64,000 bases of DNA, from contig CADCFX010000002.1 in the NCBI GenBank assembly GCA_902800945.1, positions 682 through 64,681 on the forward strand. The letters are read 5' to 3'. The stretch comes from an uncultured Erysipelotrichaceae bacterium (lineage in GTDB: Bacteria > Bacillota_I > Bacilli_A > RF39 > UBA660). Made by a program: the position numbers and the translations under genes. The notes under the pieces are model-generated. The model did not search any database. It had not been told where the DNA came from and saw only the letters and a list, made by a program, of their open reading frames with translations. Each line of letters begins with the position of its first letter. Position 1 is the first letter of the stretch. Positions 9,786-18,929 of the stretch are shown here, one piece after another.

Positions 9786-10679
9786 TCATTTCATAACCAT
9801 TATCTCTTTTCTTAGTTTAGCAGGTTTTAAAACAACAAAACCTTTCTTTTGTTCACCATTTAATAAGAGTATCATATCTTTTTCTATAGCATCATCAGAA
9901 CACATAATATAACTAATATTATCCTTTAAAGAAATAATATTTATTATCCAATTACTTCCCTTATTATTCATTATTTGTCTAATAATACTATGATTAAGAT
10001 CATTAATATCCCATATAGTTAATTGTCCAATAATCCTAGGAAGTTTATCATTTTCCTTTTGATATTTAATATCATTCACTATAGCTTCTTCAATATTATT
10101 CAATATGGCTTCTTGACTTTCTTTAAAATAAATATCAGCATAATCTATTTCTCCTGTTAATTCCTGTAATCTCTTATATGCTCTTATATCCCTATCACTA
10201 GTTATATCAGCTGTAAAATTAAGAGTATTATCTAATATAGCAGCCATTAGTAATAACGCAATTTTTTTATCCATCTTTTGAAACATATTATATTGCTCAT
10301 ACTTTTCAACAATTATAGTTGCTACTGCACCTATACTTTCTATAATCGCCCTATCACCCAATTTACTATTCCAGTATTCTTCAAAACCTCTATGATGATC
10401 TATCAATTCAACAATTTTTTCTTCCTTTACAAATCTTGGAAAATACTCCTTATTAGACAAATCTAGAACAATAAAAGTATCTTCTTCACTAACAGTATAG
10501 TCATCCTTTATATAAGATGACTCTAATAAACTATTAGTTATACTGTAATTAAATAATGCATCAGTAACAAACATAGCTTCTTCACCACGCATCTTTAATA
10601 ACTCTCTATAAGCTATACAACTAGCATAACCATCTATATCCACATAACTATTACCAACTGTTAATACTAACATACTCAT
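9786..10679 (-). CDS. DHH-family phosphoesterase (family II pyrophosphatase-like fold)
   Basis: Has the DHH motif ELIDHHRG, DIDGYAS in motif I, and AAILDNTLNF resembling PpaC-type proteins. Confidence 0.65.
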   Translation of the reverse strand: MSMLVLTVGNSYVDIDGYASCIAYRELLKMRGEEAMFVTDALFNYSITNSLLESSYIKDDYTVSEEDTFIVLDLSNKEYFPRFVKEEKIVELIDHHRGFEEYWNSKLGDRAIIESIGAVATIIVEKYEQYNMFQKMDKKIALLLMAAILDNTLNFTADITSDRDIRAYKRLQELTGEIDYADIYFKESQEAILNNIEEAIVNDIKYQKENDKLPRIIGQLTIWDINDLNHSIIRQIMNNKGSNWIINIISLKDNISYIMCSDDAIEKDMILLLNGEQKKGFVVLKPAKLRKEIMVMK

Positions 10680-10712
10680 TCCTCTTCATATCTTTATTGA
10701 TTCGCCATAATT

Positions 10713-10892
10713 CTACTCATCAAAAGAAACAGCATAATTTAATTGTTCTTCTTGATTAATTTTCCAATCTTTGTTATACCACTCTAAAAATACATTCTTA
10801 AATCCTGCATTTTTTATCGCATCAATTGTTTCATATACACTGCAGTTTTCATTATAATTACTTATAACTACAGCTGGTTCATACTTATTCAT
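10713..10892 (-). CDS. small 59-aa ORF, possibly a truncated gene fragment
   Basis: It is below the ORF-track cutoff. AGGAGG lies 6 nt upstream of the ATG and overlaps the stop of the upstream gene. Sequence MNKYEPAVVISNYNENCSVYETIDAIKNAGFKNVFLEWYNK... Confidence 0.3.
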   Translation of the reverse strand: MNKYEPAVVISNYNENCSVYETIDAIKNAGFKNVFLEWYNKDWKINQEEQLNYAVSFDE

Positions 10893-10902
10893 AAAGAGCC
10901 TC

Positions 10903-11328
10903 CTATTTTATCTTTTTATACTTTGTAATATGTTCCTCAATAGCATTTGAATCTTTCAATATCAGAATTATTTCATTGCCTTCTTTAACCATTTCATATT
11001 CGTAAGTTATATAACCTATATCACCAATTTTAAATTCTATTTTATTATTTATAGTTTCATATGTTCCATGAGAATAACCACTACAATTCCATAAATCACA
11101 TTTTAAATCTTCTTTTCTCCCTTGAGCCCAAGTATTTAGAGTAATTTCCATTTCTTTTTCCCCAGAACCTTCAACTAATTCATAATGACCAATCAAATCT
11201 TTATATTTAATATATCTATACCCATAATAACAAGATAAACTAATTAATATTAAACCAACAATACTAATCATTACTATATATATTTTTTTAATTTCTTTAC
11301 CCCTTTTATTTTTTTTCACATTTATCAC
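10903..11328 (-). CDS. membrane-anchored hypothetical protein
   Basis: 141-aa ORF with a basic N-terminus and one TM segment (IYIVMISIVGLILISLSCYYGY). Confidence 0.5.
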   Translation of the reverse strand: MINVKKNKRGKEIKKIYIVMISIVGLILISLSCYYGYRYIKYKDLIGHYELVEGSGEKEMEITLNTWAQGRKEDLKCDLWNCSGYSHGTYETINNKIEFKIGDIGYITYEYEMVKEGNEIILILKDSNAIEEHITKYKKIK

Positions 11329-11334
11329 CCTTTA

Positions 11335-11905
11335 CTATTTACCAATATATTTTAAATAAGATTTTATTAAATCGATATCCATTAAATTATCCGGAACATC
11401 TTCTGGATAAAAAAATTTCAATCTTTTAGTTTCTGAATCACCCTTTAAACTAGAAGCATCTTTTAATGAGACATCTGCTAAATATAATGAAGTATTATTA
11501 TAGACAATATCACCATTTGGATAACTATTCTTTCTAGATTCTCCGGATAAAGTATCAATCAATACAATATCATTCAAATCTATTTTTAAACCTGTTTCTT
11601 CTGACGCTTCTTATCGCCGTTATTCTTAAATCTTCACCCAAATCTTGACATCCACCAGGCAAGCCCCACTTATTTCTGTCAGTTCTCTCTTGTAAAAGAA
11701 TTTGCCCCTTTTCATTTCTTATAATGATAGCTGCACCTGTTTGAATAAAAGGTATATGACTTATTCTTTCATCAAGAGCCATTCTAAATAAAACTGGATA
11801 CCCCCCACATTTTGAACTTAATTCAAGTAATTGTTTTTCACTCAATTTTAATATTAATTCAACAAATTCTTCATGAGTATATTCTCTCATATTTTTAAAA
11901 GTCAT
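11335..11905 (-). pseudogene. NUDIX hydrolase interrupted by a frameshift inside the Nudix box
   Basis: ORF 11570-11905 ends GLPGGCQDLGEDLRITAIR then goes out of frame. Another frame continues ASEETGLKIDLNDIV into ORF 11335-11577. Together they restore G-x5-E-x7-R(E)-xx-EE-x-G. Confidence 0.7.
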
Positions 11906-11934
11906 CTATATCACATCCACCATAATTATAGCAT

Positions 11935-11959
11935 AGAAAAAAGCCAGTATAACTGACTT
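11935..11959 (-). terminator. intrinsic terminator after rpsI
   Basis: On the minus strand, AAGTCAG-TTATA-CTGGCTT is followed by a U-run. Confidence 0.5.
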
Positions 11960-11983
11960 TCATAAACATTGATATAAATAATA

Positions 11984-12403
11984 TTATCTCTTACTAAATT
12001 GTGGTGCTCTACGAGCCTTTTTAAGACCTGGTTTTTTACGCTCTTTAACTCTTGAATCACGAGTAACAAATCCTCTAGTCTTAAGAATCTTTCTATAAGA
12101 GTCTTCCCTAGATTGATCTGTATCAGCATCAAATGCCATCAACGCTCTTGCAATACCTAAACGAATAGCTCCCGTTTGTCCAGAGAACCCTCCGCCTTTA
12201 ACAGTAACATCAATATCAAACTTATCCACATTTCCAGTAGCTTCTAATGGTTGTTTTAAATCCATTACCAATACTGCAAAAGGCATATACTCATTAACAT
12301 CTTTTCCATTTACAGTAATCTTTCCTTTTCCAGCAGTCATTCTTACTTGAGCTACAGAACGCTTTCTTCTACCTGTAGCAGTCCAAACATCTTTTTTTGC
12401 CAT
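11984..12403 (-). CDS. rpsI: 30S ribosomal protein S9
   Basis: [12 protein letters not shown] ... [19 protein letters not shown] ... [10 protein letters not shown]. Confidence 0.95.
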   Translation of the reverse strand: MAKKDVWTATGRRKRSVAQVRMTAGKGKITVNGKDVNEYMPFAVLVMDLKQPLEATGNVDKFDIDVTVKGGGFSGQTGAIRLGIARALMAFDADTDQSREDSYRKILKTRGFVTRDSRVKERKKPGLKKARRAPQFSKR

Positions 12404-12417
12404 AATCTAAAACCTCC

Positions 12418-12849
12418 TTAATCTACCTTTAATTCGATTGGTTTTTGAGCTTGTTGTTTATGTTCAGGTCCTGCATAAACGAATAACTTCTTATACATTT
12501 GTGCTCCCAAACTATTCTTTGGTAACATACCTTTAACAGCTCTTTCAATCATCTCTTCTGGATATTTTTCAATCATAGTTTTAGCATTTCTTTCTCTTAA
12601 ACCACCAACATAACCGCTATGATTATAATACATCTTGTCATTTAACTTATTACCAGTTAATTTAACCTTTTCAGCATTAATAACGATTACAAAATCTCCA
12701 CAATCAACATGAGGTGTATAAGTTGCTTTATTTTTACCTTTCAAAACTGTTGCAACCTTAGTAGCTAATCTACCTAATGCTACACCTTCAGCATCAATTA
12801 CGTACCACTTACGATCAACGTTTTCTTTCTTCTCCATGAATGTCTTCAT
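12418..12849 (-). CDS. rplM: 50S ribosomal protein L13
   Basis: [29 protein letters not shown] ... conserved L13 sequence. It sits in the rplM-rpsI pair. Confidence 0.95.
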   Translation of the reverse strand: MKTFMEKKENVDRKWYVIDAEGVALGRLATKVATVLKGKNKATYTPHVDCGDFVIVINAEKVKLTGNKLNDKMYYNHSGYVGGLRERNAKTMIEKYPEEMIERAVKGMLPKNSLGAQMYKKLFVYAGPEHKQQAQKPIELKVD

Positions 12850-12929
12850 AAAAATTTCCTTTCACCGATCTCCTCTGCTTCACTTTCCCACGGCTAACAG
12901 AATCGAACAAATAAAATGTACCGATTAAA

Positions 12930-12958
12930 ATTATATGAAAAACAATGCGATTTGTCAA
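12930..12958 (-). promoter_or_regulatory. sigma-A type promoter of rplM-rpsI
   Basis: On the minus strand, TTGACA, a 17-nt spacer and TATAAT. An untranslated leader of about 70 nt follows. Confidence 0.7.
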
Positions 12959-12987
12959 ATAAAATCAACAAATTTCTTGCTTTTTTA

Positions 12988-13707
12988 CTAATATTGGACT
13001 TTTTCCAAATATAATCCACAAGCAGGTGCTGTATATCCTGGACTAATAGATTTATTCTCTAACATCTCCTTCACTCTAGATATATCTTCTTTTCCTCTCC
13101 CCACTTCAATCATCATTCCGACTAAATTTCTTACCATATACCTATAAAAACTTTTCCCCTCAAATCTTATTTCCAAAATATCATCATTAACATCAAAAGA
13201 AATATTATAAATAATACACTTGTTATTATCTCTTTCCCCAGATACAAAATTAGAAAAATCGTGAACACCAATATACAGTTTCCCAACCTCCTCCATTTTT
13301 TTAATATCTAATTTATACTTACTTTGATAAACATAATCCGTTAATAAAGGGTTATATTCTCCTAAATTTATCTTATACAAATATTGCTTTTTACTAACTC
13401 TAAATCTCGCATGAAATCCTTTATCTACCTCTATTACTTCCTTAATATAAATATAAGGAGCAACAAGTGAATTTAAAGCCTTCTTTAATCCCTCTGTATC
13501 TAAAGAAACATCCAGTCTAAAAGACACACATTGATCTAATGCATGTACTCCCCTATCTGTTCTTCCAGCGCCTTTAACAATAACCTTCTTTTTATTAATA
13601 ATAGTTAAAGCCTCTTCTATAGCTTTTTGAACACTATCTTTGTTATTAAGTCTCTGAAATCCATAAAACTTACTTCCATCATAAGCAATCCTTATTAAAT
13701 AATTCAT
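12988..13707 (-). CDS. truA: tRNA pseudouridine(38-40) synthase TruA
   Basis: IAYDGSKFYGFQ ... GAGRTDRGVHA, and the conserved position between ecfT and rplM. Confidence 0.9.
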   Translation of the reverse strand: MNYLIRIAYDGSKFYGFQRLNNKDSVQKAIEEALTIINKKKVIVKGAGRTDRGVHALDQCVSFRLDVSLDTEGLKKALNSLVAPYIYIKEVIEVDKGFHARFRVSKKQYLYKINLGEYNPLLTDYVYQSKYKLDIKKMEEVGKLYIGVHDFSNFVSGERDNNKCIIYNISFDVNDDILEIRFEGKSFYRYMVRNLVGMMIEVGRGKEDISRVKEMLENKSISPGYTAPACGLYLEKVQY

Positions 13708-14439
13708 CTATCTCACCTTAATAATATAAAATACATATGTAGCTATATAAAATAATATAAAAATATAATCAAACACATTTAATCTACTTCTATACTTATA
13801 CTTACTAACATACCTATCATTATATAATATATACTTCATATTATCATTATCATTCTTAACTTTACTAATACTTGCTTTTATATTCTGCTTTAAATATCTT
13901 ATAAATATAATAATCTTCTCTACATAACTAATAAATATTCTATCTTCTCCTCTTATAGAATATATTTCTTGTTTTTCATTATTCAATATAACAAAATTAA
14001 CAAAAAACATATATATTTTATTAAAAAAATTCGCGACTCTTTTTATATTATTAAATCCAAATATTATACCTAAACCTTTAGTAAAATCTTTTTTAGTAGT
14101 TGTAAATAGTATTAAATAATAAAACAAAATACTAGCCGTTATTTTAAAAATAATAACATTTATTAATACTAATTCCATATTTTTAGACAACAATAATATA
14201 TATATGAATATCAAAAAATACTTAAAGTTCCAAACCACCATTAAATATTTAGATAATTTAATATTACTTAACAATATTAAAACAAAAATCCAAATCATAT
14301 CAACAAAGAATAGTATTACATTAAATCTAAAAAAACACGATATAACAAACAAGAAAAAGGCGACAAACTTTACAACAGGATTAACATTATGAAGAACCGA
14401 TTCTTCATAATTATATGAAAACATATACTTATCTAACAT
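13708..14439 (-). CDS. ecfT: ECF transporter transmembrane component EcfT (divergent)
   Basis: Multi-TM 243-aa protein at the canonical ecfA-ecfA'-ecfT-truA position. The sequence is very divergent. Confidence 0.55.
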   Translation of the reverse strand: MLDKYMFSYNYEESVLHNVNPVVKFVAFFLFVISCFFRFNVILFFVDMIWIFVLILLSNIKLSKYLMVVWNFKYFLIFIYILLLSKNMELVLINVIIFKITASILFYYLILFTTTKKDFTKGLGIIFGFNNIKRVANFFNKIYMFFVNFVILNNEKQEIYSIRGEDRIFISYVEKIIIFIRYLKQNIKASISKVKNDNDNMKYILYNDRYVSKYKYRSRLNVFDYIFILFYIATYVFYIIKVR

Positions 14440-15259
14440 TTCTATATAACTCCTTTATTAATTCTTTTATATCTGTGCACTTTTTTATATCGTACCCTTT
14501 TAATTCTGCATATTTTGTAAACTCTACTATCCTAGGTATAGAAGTATACTTATATAAATTTATATTATAAAAAATATCCTTTCCCTCACTAAGCACCAAT
14601 TTGCTCTTGTGAATAACATGTACATTATCAACAATATCAAACAAGAACTCGACATCATTTGTAATTATAATTATTGTTTTGTTATACTTGTTCTTTAATT
14701 TTAAAAATAGCTTTCTAAAGTATTCTTTTTCCCTAAATGATAATCCCATATCAAAATTATCTAATATTATAACCTCCGGATTATAACTCATAACAATTGC
14801 TAATTCTATCTTTTTCTTTTCAATAGAAGACAATTCATTAGGATCCCTATCTAAATACGTCTCATCTAATCCAACAATTCTTAATGATTGAACAACATGC
14901 TTTACCACATTCGTTGTTTTATATCCATAATTATTCATTGTAGTACTAATTTCTTTTAAAACACTAGGTTCTATAAATAATTTATTATAATTATTATAAA
15001 CAAAACCTATATTTTTTCTTAATGCATTAACATTCTCTATATGGCTATTTCTCTTGATAATAGTTTTATTAAGTCTTATCTCCCCACTACTAGGTCTTTT
15101 TAATACTAACAACAACTTTCCTATTACATCCAATTTATCGCCAACAAAACCAACAATAGTCCCCTGTTCTATTACTAAACTAACATCATCTAAATAACGA
15201 ATCTCTCGTGCCGACTTCTTATTTTCAACAAAACTTAACCTATTAAATATTATTTCCAT
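14429..15259 (-). CDS. ecfA2: ECF transporter ATPase-like subunit EcfA2 with degenerate nucleotide-binding motifs
   Basis: ABC-ATPase-like layout and synteny. The Walker A reads GDKLDVIGKL, the signature LSSIE, Walker B ILDNF, and the H-loop ITNDV. Confidence 0.65.
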   Translation of the reverse strand: MEIIFNRLSFVENKKSAREIRYLDDVSLVIEQGTIVGFVGDKLDVIGKLLLVLKRPSSGEIRLNKTIIKRNSHIENVNALRKNIGFVYNNYNKLFIEPSVLKEISTTMNNYGYKTTNVVKHVVQSLRIVGLDETYLDRDPNELSSIEKKKIELAIVMSYNPEVIILDNFDMGLSFREKEYFRKLFLKLKNKYNKTIIIITNDVEFLFDIVDNVHVIHKSKLVLSEGKDIFYNINLYKYTSIPRIVEFTKYAELKGYDIKKCTDIKELIKELYRNVR

Positions 15260-16038
15260 AAGTGCCTCACCAAATCTTCTTTATTTAAATAAGTCTTATT
15301 AATTAAACCATATAGTTTTAACTGAATAGATAAATCTAAATAAAAAGGTATATCTAATCCCATCCTTTTTAATATTTTTTCTTCTTTCAAAACATCTAAA
15401 GTCTTTCCATCTATAGCATTAATATTATTATATAGAACTAAAGTATAATCAGTATATAATACATCTTCAATATTAGAAGTAACATTTATTAATCTTATAT
15501 TTTTATTATTTAAATAATTTAATAATAAAATCTTAGTTCTTTCATTTAAATATATTAAAAGATCATCTAAAGCCAAATACTCAGGAAAATATATTGCATA
15601 AGACAAGATTTTAACCAAAACCCTATCATTTGTAGATAATATATCAATTGGCTTATTAAAGATTTTTTTAATTCCAAAAAAATCATCTAATTCACTAATT
15701 CTTTCTTTAATCTCTTTAGGACTAAGATTAATGTTTTCCAAAGAGAATCTTAATTCATCTTTAACTAACTCATTAAAAAATTCATTATTATTATACACAA
15801 CAGCGATTTTACTTCTTAATTCTTCAAAATTATTATCACTAACTTCAGTATTTGATATCAAAACTTTCCCTTCATAAGGTAATTCTCCATTTAATATCTT
15901 AAGCAAAGTAGTTTTCCCACTACCAGAAGGGCCGATAATACTGAGGGTTTTATCTTTTCTAAGTGTAAAATTCAAATTTGAAAAAACCCTTATATCAGAA
16001 TAAGAAAAATATAGTTCGCTAATACGAATATTGCTCAT
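15250..16038 (-). CDS. ecfA1: ECF transporter ATPase subunit EcfA1 (Walker A intact, other motifs degenerate)
   Basis: Walker A GPSGSGKTT. The signature reads LSTND, Walker B LALDD, and the H-loop VTSNIED. Confidence 0.7.
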   Translation of the reverse strand: MSNIRISELYFSYSDIRVFSNLNFTLRKDKTLSIIGPSGSGKTTLLKILNGELPYEGKVLISNTEVSDNNFEELRSKIAVVYNNNEFFNELVKDELRFSLENINLSPKEIKERISELDDFFGIKKIFNKPIDILSTNDRVLVKILSYAIYFPEYLALDDLLIYLNERTKILLLNYLNNKNIRLINVTSNIEDVLYTDYTLVLYNNINAIDGKTLDVLKEEKILKRMGLDIPFYLDLSIQLKLYGLINKTYLNKEDLVRHLWK

Positions 16039-16092
16039 ATTATCGCCCCACCTGGGTATTTATTATACAGAAAAAACAAAAAAAGAAAAGAC

Positions 16093-16623
16093 TTATTTGT
16101 ACTTTTCTATTAATATTATTTTATTTTCTTTTAAGCTCTTAGAAACATCAATAATCCTCTGATTTTTCGAGCCTCTAAATTTGACATCAAAACTCTTTAA
16201 TTTATCAATAAAAGGTCCATCCACCAAAACATCAATTTGTTCTAAAGCGTTCAAATACCTTTTATCTTTACCCCCAAGCTTCAATAATTGTTCAAAAGTA
16301 AAACCAGTATAAACCCATACATCCATCTTACAATTATGAACTTCTTTAGCAAGTTCTGTAAGAGCTTCAAGTTGATAAAAAGGATCCCCTCCAGAAAAAG
16401 TAACCCCCTTTTGATATTCCAATTCTCGTATTTTTTTCTTAACATCATCAATTGGAAATACTACTCCCCCATCGAAACTCCAAGTTTCAGGATTTTGACA
16501 ATTAAAACATTTATGATCACACCCCTGAAACCATATTACACTTCTAATCCCCTCTCCATCTACAATACTATCCATTTGTATATCTGGTACAGCCAGACGC
16601 ACTTCCTCTACCTTCATTTTCAT
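16093..16623 (-). CDS. nrdG: anaerobic ribonucleoside-triphosphate reductase activating protein
   Basis: VDGEGIRSVIWFQGCDHKCFNCQNPETW radical-SAM activase motif, with GVTFSGGDP. No nrdD is adjacent. Confidence 0.85.
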   Translation of the reverse strand: MKMKVEEVRLAVPDIQMDSIVDGEGIRSVIWFQGCDHKCFNCQNPETWSFDGGVVFPIDDVKKKIRELEYQKGVTFSGGDPFYQLEALTELAKEVHNCKMDVWVYTGFTFEQLLKLGGKDKRYLNALEQIDVLVDGPFIDKLKSFDVKFRGSKNQRIIDVSKSLKENKIILIEKYK

Positions 16624-16679
16624 TACCTCTCTACCTACTTTAATTATATCAAAAAAAATATAAACATAAAGTTTATATT

Positions 16680-17006
16680 TTATCCATTTTCTTCATCTTC
16701 AGATTCTTCTTTAGGCTCTATAATTCTTAGTATTATTTCTCCAGGTTTAGAATACATATATTTTTCTCTAGCATATCTAGCTATATAATCCGGATCTTTT
16801 AACTTAGCAACCTCAACATTAAGAGATGCTTCCTCCTCTAACAATCCCTCATATTTTATATTAACTTCCTTAATTTCATTTCTATTCTTCGTTACCTGCA
16901 TCCAATCATTAATTACAGTACTAATAAGAGCTATTATTAAGATAACACAAGAAAAAATAGGAACTAAATATCGATACTTATTTGATTTTTTCTTCCGCTT
17001 TTTCAA
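16680..17006 (-). CDS. divIC: septum formation initiator (FtsB/DivIC family)
   Basis: N-terminal TM segment, a coiled coil, and DPDYIARYAREKYMYSKPGEII. TTG start preceded by AGGAGGGA. Confidence 0.7.
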   Translation of the reverse strand: MKKRKKKSNKYRYLVPIFSCVILIIALISTVINDWMQVTKNRNEIKEVNIKYEGLLEEEASLNVEVAKLKDPDYIARYAREKYMYSKPGEIILRIIEPKEESEDEENG

Positions 17007-17093
17007 AATAAATCCCTCCTATTATCAGCTTCATTATATCACAATGACCACTTCTAATTAGTATTTAGTTTATCATTTAACATTTTTTGACAT

Positions 17094-17118
17094 AAAAAAA
17101 CTCAAGTATTACTTGAGT
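17094..17118 (-). terminator. intrinsic terminator after spoVG
   Basis: On the minus strand, ACTCAAGTAATACTTGAGT is followed by seven U residues. Confidence 0.65.
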
Positions 17119-17123
17119 ATTTC

Positions 17124-17414
17124 TTATAATTCTATTTTTACTAGTTCTTCACCAGTTTTTTTCATCTCTTCATAAGCACCGAAGATAGCATCTTCAAACA
17201 TCTTACGTGCTTCTTGATTAACAGGATGAGCTATATCATCATATACGCCCTCACTAATCTTCCTACTAGGCATAGCGATAAACATCTTATCATCACCTTG
17301 AATTAGTCTAATACCTGTAATAACAAAAGCTTCATCCAACGTAACAGTTGCAATGGCTTTCATACGTGAATCTTCTTTTTCTTTATTACGAAGCACTACT
17401 TTTGTAATTTTCAT
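17124..17414 (-). CDS. spoVG: septation regulator SpoVG
   Basis: MKITKVVLRN...MKAIATVTLDEAFVITGIRLIQG...FIAMPSRK. The start was set at the internal ATG with RBS AGAGGGAG. Confidence 0.9.
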   Translation of the reverse strand: MKITKVVLRNKEKEDSRMKAIATVTLDEAFVITGIRLIQGDDKMFIAMPSRKISEGVYDDIAHPVNQEARKMFEDAIFGAYEEMKKTGEELVKIEL

Positions 17415-17485
17415 AACAACACTCCCTCTAAGTTTATCAACTAATATAATTTTAGAACAAAAATACAATAAAAGCAATAAATTTT

Positions 17486-18283
17486 TTAATGTATATTATT
17501 TGCAATTTCAATAAACGCTTCTAATGGTATATTTTCAGCCCTATCAGATAGAGATAAATCATATTTAAATAGTATCTGTTCTATATTTTTTAAATCATAA
17601 TTACGAAGATTATTCTTTATATTCTTTCTCTTCATAGAGAAAGAATCTTTAATTAACTTATTAAACACTTCCCTATTCTTTATTAATCCTTCTTTATTAT
17701 TTCTAATAAGCCTTACTACAGCACTATCAACATTTGGACTTGGATCAAAATCCTTTCTATTAACCACAAATAACAAATCAATATCAAAATATGAATCCAA
17801 ATAAACAGTAATCGCTCCGTAATCTTTTGTTCCGGGCCTAGCACTAAATCTATATGCCACTTCCTTTTGAACCATTAAAACCATACCTTTTACACTAATC
17901 CCATCACTTATTATTTTTTCTATAATAGGAGTAGTAACATAATACGGCAAATTAGCTATAACATATAAATTATTATACTTAATATTACTAATATCTTTTA
18001 ATACATTGGCTTTTAAAAAATCTTCATATATTATTCTAGTCTTATTATCCGCAAAAGAATCAAGATACCTCTTTAAATCCTTATCTATCTCATAACAAAC
18101 CAAATTACAACCATATAACTTTAAATACTTAGTTAAAGCCCCTTGACCAGGACCAATTTCAATGACTAAGTCATCCTCTTTAACATCTATACTATCAATA
18201 ATATCAATCAATACTTTTTTGTTTTTCAAAAAATTTTGACCATATTTCTTTTTATGTCTATAATCACCCATTTTACCAACCAC
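17486..18283 (-). CDS. rsmA: 16S rRNA (adenine1518/1519-N6)-dimethyltransferase RsmA/KsgA
   Basis: KKYGQNFL, EIGPGQGALT, NLPYYVTTPI. Confidence 0.9.
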   Translation of the reverse strand: MVGKMGDYRHKKKYGQNFLKNKKVLIDIIDSIDVKEDDLVIEIGPGQGALTKYLKLYGCNLVCYEIDKDLKRYLDSFADNKTRIIYEDFLKANVLKDISNIKYNNLYVIANLPYYVTTPIIEKIISDGISVKGMVLMVQKEVAYRFSARPGTKDYGAITVYLDSYFDIDLLFVVNRKDFDPSPNVDSAVVRLIRNNKEGLIKNREVFNKLIKDSFSMKRKNIKNNLRNYDLKNIEQILFKYDLSLSDRAENIPLEAFIEIANNIH

Positions 18284-18893
18284 TTCTTAATATATTAAAA
18301 GTCATCTTTTTTCTACCAATATTTCTAATAGCTTCCGATTCGGTTGCAACTAATAAATCTAAATTATTACCCCCAACACCTCTATCTAACACTATAGCAA
18401 CCATTGGTTCAGTAGTTAAAGGACTGCTAATTGCAACAATTGACCCACATGGTAAATTCCTAGATGCAGCAACAATTCTAACATCACCATAAGTGGCATC
18501 TGGATAAGTGACAACACCATTTCTATAAACATTATAATTTATACAAGCAAGTCGCCCCCCACAAGCAGGACAATCGGCAGAATATCCTGTTAAAGACCCA
18601 CTATATGAACCCTCTTCCGTTACGCTAACGCTATTATTTGTTTCATATGATTTTGGAGTTTCAGGCTCACTCTTCTTTTTAATCACAACTCTTTTTTCTA
18701 CTGGTTTCGGTTTTTCCTCTTTGTTTTTTACAGCCAAAGCTACAAGACCAACCTCTGTTGAAAGAGAATCATAATTAAACGCATCCGCTTCAAACTCATT
18801 AGAATTTGTCAAAAAGAAAATAAATATCATTATCATTACAATCTCTAAGGCTCTTTTTATTCCAGGTCTTATCTTCATTTTCATTAAAAACAC
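18273..18893 (-). CDS. 3D-domain (RlpA/MltA-like) secreted protein, YabE-like position
   Basis: N-terminal TM segment and C-terminal VAASRNLPCGSIVAI...VLDRGVGGNNLDLLV...SEAIRNIG. Synteny is tatD-yabE-ksgA, as in Bacillus. Confidence 0.6.
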   Translation of the reverse strand: MFLMKMKIRPGIKRALEIVMIMIFIFFLTNSNEFEADAFNYDSLSTEVGLVALAVKNKEEKPKPVEKRVVIKKKSEPETPKSYETNNSVSVTEEGSYSGSLTGYSADCPACGGRLACINYNVYRNGVVTYPDATYGDVRIVAASRNLPCGSIVAISSPLTTEPMVAIVLDRGVGGNNLDLLVATESEAIRNIGRKKMTFNILRSGW

Positions 18894-18929
18894 CTCTAAA
18901 ATATAAGAAATATGATATCATCTACTATA

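Noticed and set aside
11926-12132. 68-aa ORF overlapping the 3' end of rpsI in another frame. Likewise 29445-29696 in recR and 30010-30195 across ybaB/dnaX.
   Set aside because: These are alternative frames of well-conserved genes and have no independent support.
12850-12929. The 70-nt rplM 5' leader as an L13 autoregulatory leader RNA.
   Set aside because: It is plausible from its position and from a direct ATCGGT repeat. However, I could not recognise a convincing conserved hairpin by eye. It needs an Rfam scan.
16288-16788. 166-aa plus-strand ORF.
   Set aside because: It is antisense to nrdG and divIC, is low-complexity, and has no RBS.
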